A stretch of 55,603 bases of DNA, from NCBI GenBank assembly GCA_013115145.1, contig JAAPAO010000192.1, forward strand, positions 1 to 55,603. The letters run 5' to 3'. Shown here piece by piece: positions 45,607 to 55,603 of this stretch (position 1 is the stretch's first letter; the number at the start of each line of letters is the position of its first letter). The translations under genes and the position numbers were made by a program. The notes below the pieces were generated by a model. That model was not told the origin of the DNA, searched no databases, and saw only the letters and a list, made by a program, of their open reading frames with translations. This DNA is from Perkinsus chesapeaki ATCC PRA-425. Taxonomy: Eukaryota; Protista; Perkinsozoa.

Positions 45607-46703
45607 ATGGCACCCAAGGCCACTAAGACTACCAAGAAGGGAAAGACCCTCCCCGCCGTCCCTCAAATCGGCAAGGTCGAGAAGGCTAAGGCCCCCGTCC
45701 ATGGCAAGTAAGTATCTTTAGCTTCACTGTGCACGATACGAAGCAGGTTGCATTGTCCTTTTGCTTAGGTCCATCCTTCCCGAGAAGAAGACCCGTTCTT
45801 ACGGCATTGGCCAGGATGTCCAGCCTCGTCGTGACCTTACCCGTTACGTGAGGTGGCCCAAGAACGTCAACCTTCAGCGCAAGAAGGCTATTTTGATGCA
45901 GCGCCTGAAGGTGCGACCTTGAGGGGCTTAACAAGCCTTCTCCAAGAGACCACCAATGTGGGCAAGGCCTTGAGCCTGAGCAGATCCCCTCAGATTGTCG
46001 GCTTTCGCCGCTTGGAATGCTCGCTGCCTTTGATGCTTCTGCATCCGTTGGTTGGTCATCTGGAGAGGCTTTGTAATGGCGATTTTCTTTCCTATCACAA
46101 TTTGTTGTATTTATCGCTCTTTAGGTCCCACCGATGATCAACCAGTTCACCAACACCTTGAACAAGAACCAGGCCACTCATGTCCTCAAGTTCTTGTCCA
46201 AGTACCGTCCTGAGTCCCCCGCTGACAAGCGCGCCCGTCTCATGGCCATCGCCAAGGCTAAGGAGGCTGGTGAGGAGACCACCCAGACCAAGCCCACTTC
46301 CGTCGCCTTTGGTCTTAATAAGGTCACCTCTCTCGTTGAGCAGAACAAGGCCAAGCTCGTCGTCATCGCCTCTGATGTCGATCCCATCGAGCTCATTGTG
46401 TGGCTCCCCACCTTGTGCCGCAAGAAGGACGTCCCTTACTGCATCATCAAGGGCAAGTCTCGTCTTGGCCAGCTCGTCGGCAAGAAGACCGCCTCTGTTG
46501 TTGCCGTGACTGAGGTCGGCAAGGAAGACGCCGCCGCTTTGGAGACCATCCAGAAGACCATGCACGTCCAGTACAACGAGAACACCGATATCCGTCGTCA
46601 CTGGGGTGGTGGAATTATGGGCCAGAAATCCAACGACGTCATCGCCAAGCGCGAGAAGGCTCTTGCTGATGAGGCCGCCAAGAAGATGGCTATCGCCGCC
46701 TAA
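45607..46703 (+). CDS. RPL7A: 60S ribosomal protein L7a (eL8); exons 45607-45707, 45769-45910, 46125-46703
   Basis: Spliced product contains [37 protein letters not shown]|[55 protein letters not shown] and [13 protein letters not shown]. Introns are canonical GT-AG. Confidence 0.97.
45933..46071 (+). ncRNA. Candidate structured RNA element in RPL7A intron 2
   Basis: Nested complementary arms: aagccttctcca (45933-45944) / tggagaggctt (46061-46071) and gaccaccaa (45948-45956) / ttggttggtc (46048-46057), plus an inner cggc-tttc-gccg hairpin. Confidence 0.45.
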
Positions 46704-49144
46704 GAAGGGTCGACTTTGGTCGTGGGTTGAGTTCGGTTCGACTCCGGTGTTGGAGTGGCGTTGCGTTGAGTTTTCCTGATTAATAATTAATTGCTAATGC
46801 AGGAGTGATTATAAAAGATGACGAGTCTGATAGGAAGCTGCGTGCTCCAGTTTGAACCGTTTTGGCTCTCTGGCGTCACAAAGCGACCTTTTAATGAGCG
46901 AACCTTGAGGCATTTGTATGACCTGCTGATAAATGGGAAAAGCGAATGATGACGATATTGTATTAGCTCTAACTGAAGCCAGTTTGGCTTTGTGGACGAT
47001 TACATGTTTCAGCCTTGACTGACGTTTATTATAGTTATTGGCAAATGATGATAAAAATAATAATGGGTAATTTGCGTCCGAGGCCAAAGGCTGGTGACGA
47101 TTACTTTAAATGGGAATCTCTCTGAAAAAGCCAAGTAATAAATGTTACAAATATCAAGTATAGTTATCACATTAGTAAGATAAACCAGCTTTGTGTTATT
47201 ATATATTAATAATGATCATTTTTATAATGTATAATATAACTCCACGATGATACTATATAATATTACCTTACTAATAATGCTGTTGCCATCAAAGGATATC
47301 GCTTCCGTAGCAGGTGGGTATAAATATGTCGTATGTGAAGAGTAGCTTGTAGATGAGTTATGGTGAAGGATTAGGCATTCCAAGGCATTAATCTGTGGCG
47401 ATTGTATAACAAATGGGAATCTCTCTGAATTCAATCACGTGTGACATTTCGGAGATTAGGCATGTCGTGATTATCACGTATTTGTAAATCTAAAACCCCC
47501 ACTTTTGTGCAGCCAGTTTACTGTGGCAGTTGAATAACATGTATTTTGGTGGTGGAGAAGCATGGTGCCTTTTAGGGTTAGAGGATGGCTTTTACGTGAG
47601 TTTGGTGAGTATAATTGTCCCTGAAGTGATAAACAATATGAATTCTGCCGTAGGTTGTATTTGACGCGCGACGATACTTTCAATGCCGCATTTTGCGGTC
47701 TGACATAAACCTTCGAAAACAACTCGCCAAACTTAGGTCAGCATCCCACGTAAAAGAGTAAATCTTTAAGCAGTTTGGCGGGGAGACAGAATGCGGGAAG
47801 GAGAGAGGTCGATTTCGATATTATATAGCTCACGTATTATCCGGTGATGTAGGTTTATACACGTTATACGTTGAACACTTATACACGTTGAACACGTTAT
47901 ATCCGGTATACTGTAGGTCTCCCAGCTAATGAGCGTCTAGGAGTAGATATTTCTGTGCAGAGGGGGATTACAACTTTGGCTGTCTTGTGAGTGCAATCCG
48001 ATAGTGCAATAAGACAATGACACTGGCGTAAGGCATCTGTTGCCTTCGACCGCCAGGGCCGTGCTCTGAGAATTTTAGCAATCTCGGGCCCCGGGCAAAA
48101 CATGCGGTCGGTCGCTGCGGTCGACGACCGTAACGGTTTGCTCAGTGTTGCATAACATTCAATGACATGCATGTTGCCATAGAAAGGAAAGGGAGATTCA
48201 CAAATAGGTGATCATCTCGGCAGCATTCATCATTGATGACAGTTCTACAGCGTTTACGTGAGCAAAATATGGACGGGTGAGTGATATGCCAAAGCAGATA
48301 TCTTTTACTATGCCACGTACTGCATTTTTAAAACGGGTACCTTCGACTGGGCCCTCCTTCAAACACTGGTATCTTCTGCCTATCGCACTCGATAGAATTT
48401 ACCTTGTATACCTAGAAATATCATACAGACGCCTAATAGGAAGGTTTAGCGAATCCGTGAGAATGAGATGTGATGTGTTATTGCATATCCGGTATTGTAC
48501 TTATTATTGATAGTGTTTCCCAATATGAGTAGTTATTCCGTTATTTAATCAACTATAGGGGTACTACTCATGGGGATATGGGAAATTTCATGGCGTAAGC
48601 TCCTGGTAATCTCTCCACGCTGATTATATTCAGCTTATTTACGTCGGAGGCCTCTTCTGCTCCCCATCCTTTGGCCGTGTTAGGGTGTATATCATCAACT
48701 ATTACAAGCTACATGTTATTTACGATCGGACGCCTCGTAGGAAGTATCGGACTCACGATTGCTGCAACCTTTTTGTAGACCATTTATACGACGTAATAGA
48801 GCGTAACGTTGAGAGAAAGATTATCGATTAGTAGTAAGTTCATATGCAGGGATATCAACTCGATCATTGATATATTGGTCAATGTTTTATTATTCTACCA
48901 ACACTATGTGGTAAAATTGCTACTTCAGCTTCACCATCACTTGGTTGCCTAGTAGACACTCATCATTCCTCTCAAAGCATCAAGCCTCGATCGCTATACA
49001 GCTTGACCTCGTTCCGATTTTATACTTGAAGAACGTCCGTTTTTCTTCGAGGTCGTCAACCGAAGAGCTTCGCTGTTCTGAATCAAATTTGGATATTCGT
49101 AACTGTTTTCAGTATTGTTGGTTTTTCTCCCATATTCCATCGAA

Positions 49145-52100
49145 ATGGGGTGCGGTGCGTCATCGGCGAGAGCAGGTAATCTTGTGGCAGTGCGGGGATA
49201 TTCGCAGATCGGAGAAATTCTGATACATTTAAGGGACCGCTCCGACGAGGAAGGTTATCTCACCAGGGAAAGGAGATCATCAACTTTGCATTGCTTTCAA
49301 ATTTCCATCGGATCAGATGGCGGGTCTAGTTTATCGAGGAACAGAGTGCAGTGTGAATAATGGAAGCCTCTTATCGAGAATCTATCAAGTGCACGCTCGT
49401 TCCAAAGATTCTTATGGAAATCCTTACCATCTCATATATTACACTGTTACCACTATGCCTCACGAACTAAGCTAGATTTTAGTCCTACCAAGTTTCTGCC
49501 TATTTTACCCTTTTTCTATCAGTTCCTCTGCCTGCCCCTCGGCGGCAACAAGAAGGTGGTGCTCACGGCAGTCATTCGCCTTCCCGTAATCATGCTGTCA
49601 TACCATCCCCGTCTAGAAGGGTTCCTGGAGCAGGATCACCGAGTAGTAGGGGGGCCTCGGAAAGGGCTGCTTGGCCATCTTTTCTGCGTCGATCGATCGA
49701 CACTACAGTCAAGAAAACATCTTTTTGAGGAAAGTTGTTTTTGGTGGATTCGTGAGTTTTATGGGATAATATTTTCAGACTGGTTGCAGTCTGGTTTCGA
49801 TCGTCCGTCAAGATATATGCGTTTCACTCTCTTGAATATCTTGCTAGTGGAAAATTCTCGGTAAAAATTATCAATTTTTCCCAAATTTCGGGGCATGCGC
49901 TATCAACAGAGGTGGTTGTCGACGACAACTTGTCGTGAAGATTTTTTGCCGGGGGAATTTTATGAGGAATGTTATTGTGTTCTTTTGCTCGAAAACTGGC
50001 TACTATATGTGTTTGGTCCAAGTATTAACAAAACCCGGTCAATGAAGGTGAATTTCAGTTTGTTTTTGTAAGAATGTAATAACTGCATATTAAGAAATTG
50101 GGGAAAGCGCAATCAGCGGGCATTAAGTTCGTTTTCTGACACCTCTAGCTACATTGCTCTCAGAGAGAGACGTTCGCGTGCCGTTCGCAAGGCCTCCACT
50201 CGGGACTGAAAGGGTGAAGCGAACTGGTAAGAACACTGCGGTGATATCACAGAAGATTTCGGGTCTGAGTTGGTTACTCCTTATTTTGTTGAAGGCGATG
50301 GAGATTAATCGTTGGAGTTGTGCCGGACGATGATATTTGCATGTACTTAAGCGTGTCGGTTTGTATGTCTGTTATGCTGGGAATTCTGTGAAAAAATTTA
50401 ACTGGTAAAATATGTTCGGATGTCTTTCCTTTTTCGTATTGTATGGAACATCATGAACTGTTTAAGTGAGATGTTTATGTAGATGTATCTTTTTCTTTCT
50501 ATTTTGTATATTTTCTGTTTAAGTTTTGCCTCCAATTTCTGTCAGCATTAGTATCGGCCAGGAGAAAGGAAAATGCAGCCGATCTCGTCCTTTCAACAGT
50601 ATGCTCGCTTACCTATTGGATTCAGCTCGGTAGAATAGCCATGCTTCTAGAGAGTTTGCTTTACCGCATTGAAAACGTTACCGCCAAGCGCAAATAAAAT
50701 CATATTTTCATGTTCGATAAGAAAATGAATGGTCACCCTAGGGTTGTTTAACTTACTGAGAAGATTAGGCCACTGAGCAAACGTTGGGTTTGTCCATTCT
50801 CTTCAGTTTCTCGCTGTGCAGTTCCGATATATAACGCTAATCTATTTGTGTACACAATAACGATTGCAGTATTTCTTAGGGACGGGTAGCGGCAACACAG
50901 GTCTTCGAGATCATCGCAAACGAGCACAACGGTTAATGAAGAAACCGTCACTGTCGGCGGCCCAAACCGAAGTAGACGGCACGGAATCGGCGGTGAACAC
51001 CGAGATCACTCCGGAGGAGAAAAAGTATGCCTCGAACCGTTTGTCAGGTTTACTGGCTTTATTGTTGTTACTGCTGTTGGAGATGGCTCGCAGATGAGTG
51101 GCGGCGCGAAAATCCGGATGAAATTTTTGAGGATTTCCGATGGCTAAGTGGGAGATTTTTGACGGAATTGCCGGAAATCTTTGAGGAATTTTTCAAAGTT
51201 TCCCGAGATCTCCAAGGAATACTTCGCCGGAAATTAAGATTTCTCAGCATTACTCGGATTCAGGACTCTTTGTCCGTCCTCGTCTGGTAGCGAGCCGACG
51301 CATTAGCGCGGAAACTGAATGCAGAGAATGCTAAGTTTTGGTCAGTTTTCTCCGTCGAGTCTTGCAGAAGCACTTCCTGTTTGCATCATTAACGGCGGAG
51401 GAAAGGGACGAGGTCATCATGCGAATGAAGAAGGAGGGTGTTGAAGGGGGACAAGTTGTGTTCAAGCAGGGAGATGTAAACAGGACGGCGGCGGCCTAGG
51501 TCATATGTGTGAGAGTCTCATCCTCAATTTGGATGATAACATTGTAATTAGAGAACTTGAGATGTTCGGCCCAGAAGGAGAGCTGTTTTGTCTATTTTGG
51601 GTTAGGGACATATTTCCTAACTGCATCTCAATCGTTTCTCCTTTGTGTTGGTTATACTTTTATATGAGACCAAAGGATCCCCTGTTCCTCACGAGTCTAT
51701 TTGATTCATAGCCTTTCACCGAATGATCTACATTGGCGCATCTTCCTGCTTGGAGTTTGAGTTGTTGGTGTGATTAACTTTTAAGAATTGAGAGAGGTGT
51801 GTGGTGACTGATGAAAATTCGTAATTACGGTATGTCTCCTTTGTTTTTCTAACGTAACTTCATTTGCTATCGTATAGTTTTGTGGCGCGCAAGAATTATG
51901 TGGATGAAATCGATGTTGTTGTTTTCAGGAAGGGGACTGCTGTTTTGCGATTCAATCTGGAACATTTGTGGTGAGCATTGACAGACAGAATGTGAAGACT
52001 CTCGGCAAGACCAATACGTTTGGGGAGTTAGCAATGCTTTATAATGTTAAGAGGACAGCAACGGTGAAGTGCACGCGAACGGGGGTAAGGGGTTGTGATA

Positions 52101-55100
52101 TGCATAGGGTGGCATAGAGATAATATATAAACGTGATGAAGTTAAACATTTACTTGTACGATGAAGTAATGTGGGGGTTCCAATTGGAAGGGAGTTTGCG
52201 GAGTGGTTCTATGGTGTAACGGTTAGCACTCCAGACTCTGAATCTGGCGATCTGGGTTCAAATCCCGGTAGAACCTCTTCTGTTTTTAGTCCTACTCCAC
52301 GGGTTTTTCTTAACTTGTTCTTTTGTTTGGATGGAAGCATTAGAATCTCTATGATGTGGTGAGTAACTATGGTCCTTCCCGAGAACGAAAAAGCCTGCTT
52401 CCTTTTTCGGACGGGGGATCCGTCCTTTTTGACAGAAAATTGTTCTCCCTACTCTTGAAGTACATGCCTACCCTGGCAGGTCCTGTGGGAGATATCGGGC
52501 CGCACTTTCAAGAAGGTTATGAAGCTCCTTCAAGGCCGAAACCTCACCCACTTGGTCAAGTTCTTCAGCGATGAGCCGGACTTTGCCGCTCTAACCGATG
52601 AGGAAAAGCAGCTACTTTCGTCCAGCTGTGAGCATTTCGGAAACGGGAAAGCTGTTGTGAAGATCATTTCTGTGAACAGTATTTGATAGCGGCCAGGCGA
52701 GTCTAAGAAAGGCTATCAGTGGCACTGATAGCCAAGCTTGGGATACGTTCAGCAGAGTCCGCCGGCCATAGAGCAAACGGGAACCGTAGGCTCAGCCTCA
52801 ACCCATACAATCACTGATTCCGTGCATGGGTCAAGCAGCGACCTTCTCACTCTGTGGAGTAATATTGTCATGCCTCGCGAAAGACGAACAAAAATCCTGA
52901 AAAAGAACTTCTTCACTACATCATATTGATTTATTTTCATCTCTCCTCTGATAAAGTTTTCGTTGGATATCCTTCGTCCTCTCAGGTACAGTGCAGAAGT
53001 TCGAGGACAAGGACCAAATCCTGCGACAGGGCGATCCAGGGGACTGGCTATTTATCGTAAGCATATTTGATCTCCTCTGGGCGACCATCACATTGCGACT
53101 CTTCTCGGAGTAGTTCAGTGCTCGACAACGAATTTGACAAAAACTGCTGCTCTCCTAGGCTTTAAAATGTGGAATTTGGCATGAAGATCGTCGGGTAGTT
53201 CGCTGTGGTTGATGGGAAATAATTCTTGTAGAAGGTCCACCGAAATGATCCATCAACCTCCAGCAGGCCTCGTTCGCAATTCTACGAGCTTGGCAAATAC
53301 CGCCTTCCTAAAAGCTGTTCGACGAAGGAGCACACTTTTCGCTTTCAAGAGTGAAAGGGGAGTTTTGCCTCGCAGAAATGTGTTTACAATGAAAAATAAA
53401 TCTAGTAAAAATCCAACTCTGAAATATATTCCTGGAGCCTCGCTTTGGTAAAAAGGTAGAGTCTAAAGTACGTTCCTTCTGCGAACAGTCGTAGGCCTTC
53501 CTCTATGACTCCATTGTCCTTGTAGATCCAATCGGGGCGAGTGAGGAGTCGATATGCTGATGGGAGGATGATCACCTTGGAGGCAGGCAGCCTTATAGGG
53601 GGATTGAGTCTGATGTGAGCGGGGCAGGCGATTTAATGAAGATGTTGGATTTGCCGAAGAAAACGAATATCCTTGCATGATAACGAGACCTCTACATTTC
53701 GGAGGAACAGTCGGGAGTTGCCCTAAAATTCAGTCTTAAGAAACTCTTAGAGGGGACCAATCGCAATTCGCGTATTAATGGAGACATGCTCAGCATTCTT
53801 CGAACCCGCAAGAAAGGAAGGACTGTTGTGTGTAGTCGAGCAGTGACTCGGAGGGAAGCAGCAGATATCATTTTTAGGAGGAATGTATTCTATGTTGGTC
53901 TATGAACATACTTTCCAGCAAAATGTCCATTGTTCAATCTCCTCCGCCTTCAGTGGGAGGACATGTATGCAAGGCTGTATGCCTCCCGGGATAATCGCAT
54001 ATTGTGGGGTTGGAGGTATGATGCGAGAAATTAGTTGTATCTTCGGCCAAGCTAGTTCACTATGGGCTTTGGAAATTCGGAAATTGCTTTTCGGTGTCGG
54101 TTTGGATTTGTCTTGGTTCTCAGTAATGATTGGAAGCATCACTACGACTCCAGGGCAGATGGACGGGTTGTCTGCTTGGCATTGGGGAAGAGCAGTCTGG
54201 CGAAGCTCACACCGGCGATAAAGGTGAGTAGGCCTGGATGAGCTATTTGAAGATGGAGCGAATTTCGTATTTGATATCACTAGGATCATCCCTGTCGAAC
54301 TTCTTCAAAAAAAGTTCTTTTTTATCGTACATCGTATTTTACTTTCAGTGAGAATGTCACTCATAACGCTTCCGAAACCCGATACTAATATATTGTTGAA
54401 GGGATATTATCATTCGATTCCGGGATAGTATGGCCTGCCGAGCCTAAGTTGCGTGGAAGATAGTTTCTGGCCCGCCTGTGTGACAGGGAGATACTTCTCC
54501 CGTGCTAGTGTTGTGGTCGCAGCTGAGACTTGATCATACTGCAAAATGGATTAGGTTTCGCATCTTGTTATGGTTTGAGGAAGAGGGACTATTTTCAGAG
54601 TTCCCTGGGACGAGCCACTAAGAAGGTGTTGCTGAAGAATTTGAGTTTTTACGACCAACTTGATGCGGCTCAACAGAACTGTCTGTTGGATGTTATGGAG
54701 GAAAGTAGGAATGCACTTCTTCAATAACGATGAAGATATTTCTACTCGGCGACCCGGTGAAGAATCTGCGTTATTATTGGAATTTCTGGAATTCATTTTA
54801 TCGAATGATCTATCTATCAGTGGTGATTCGTGTTGATATTTTCACGAAGGATGTTCCGAAATGTCGAGCCACTCAGGAATCGGTGAATACTTTAGAGAAG
54901 ACAGTATTTCTCAAAAGAAATTGTTTTCTCAAAAAACAATTTTTAATGTAACGTTTGAAGCGCAGTTCGGTGCGAAATAACCAATTGATTCTCGAAGCTT
55001 CATTCGCCGTGACAATATGAGCGTGATTCATATTGCGAAGTACGCGTCAGCTGGTCGAGGACAGCGGTTGAAATCGCGCATGTTTCAGAAACCTATGCCG

Positions 55101-55170
55101 AGAAAGATGTCATTGTTTCTCCGGATGAAGGCCTGGACGAAGCAAGAGTCTTCATACTGCTGAATGGATT
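49145..55170 (+). CDS. Multi-cNMP-binding-domain protein, cGMP-dependent protein kinase-like, 5' part; many exons, probably continues beyond the window
   Basis: Start MGCGASSARA at 49145 (assignment to this gene is inferred). cNMP exons: LQKHFLFASLTAEERDEVI...VVFKQGD; DCCFAIQSG...FGELAMLYNVKRTATV; QILRQGDPGDWLFI; KVLLKNLSFYDQLD; TYAEKDVIV. No kinase domain seen in the window. Confidence 0.7.
52205..52276 (+). tRNA. tRNA-Gln (anticodon CTG), inside an intron of the cNMP-domain gene
   Basis: 72-nt cloverleaf GGTTCTA-TG-GTGTAACGGTTAGCAC-T-CCAGA-CT-CTG-AA-TCTGG-CGAT-CTGGG-TTCAAAT-CCCGG-TAGAACC-T. Confidence 0.95.
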
Positions 55171-55446
55171 CGTAAGAAATTCACAGTTGGGGATCTGCCG
55201 GAGGAATCCGCACGCGTGCGCATTAATTTTTCTACGGGGTTTTACAAGGAATAGCGATTTGGTTTTTGGGCATCGATATCGGTGTAATGGGTTCGTTACG
55301 CCATTTCGCGCCTTGGAATTAATTAATCGTCTTCTTGGTTCGAGTCCCGGTCGGATCATTTCTCTGGCAGGTGCAGGTCGAGCGAATGGTGGAGAGTGAT
55401 ACTAGATCGCCTAGAGGGGTAAGCCGGTGTGTCGGGGTGGAGGGTT

Positions 55447-55603
55447 GAAATATGTTACTAGTGATACGGAGGAGGAGATATAATAGAAAGGAGTTTGATA
55501 GGAAATATGTTACTAGTGATACGGAGGAGGAGATATAATAGAAAGGAGTTTGATAGGAAATATGTTACTAGTGATACGGAGGAGGAGATATAATAGAAAG
55601 GAG
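55447..55603. repeat. 55-bp tandem repeat running to the window end
   Basis: gaaatatgttactagtgatacggaggaggagatataatagaaaggag(tttgatag) starts at 55447, 55502 and 55557. Confidence 0.95.

Noticed and set aside
46095-46601. 168-aa antisense ORF over RPL7A
   Set aside because: It is a codon-bias shadow of a highly expressed gene.
46725-46750. gagttcggttcgactcc as a tRNA T-arm
   Set aside because: No D-arm, anticodon arm or acceptor stem can be built around it.

Overview
Eukaryotic, gene-dense window with short GT-AG introns (38-104 nt where mapped). Gene content and style suggest a perkinsid-like alveolate, which is an inference. From left to right it holds a partial papain-family protease, a spliced alpha/beta hydrolase, an intronless ATP-grasp ligase, a THUMP/RNA methyltransferase, and a ~1,589-aa intronless fusion of two fumarate-reductase flavoprotein domains, three cytochrome b5 domains and an SdhC/b558-like four-His membrane domain (one -1 frameshift at ~12886). 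Next come a 44-bp minisatellite with an assembly gap, a spliced hypothetical gene, and a convergent paralog made of five cytochrome b5 domains plus the same membrane domain. The rest of the window holds a secreted PHB-depolymerase-like esterase, a taxilin-like gene, a decayed reverse-transcriptase-like region, an atypical cytochrome P450, tRNA-Val, a 731-aa hypothetical, RPL7A with a structured intron, and the 5' part of a multi-cNMP (PKG-like) gene with an intronic tRNA-Gln. The standout is the b5/SdhC-like gene pair. It looks like a single-chain, all-heme (Fe-S-free) membrane-anchored fumarate-reductase system with a companion multi-heme b5 'wire', and the repeats and paralogs show clear gene-conversion tracts. 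All calls come from reading the sequence; no database searches were run.
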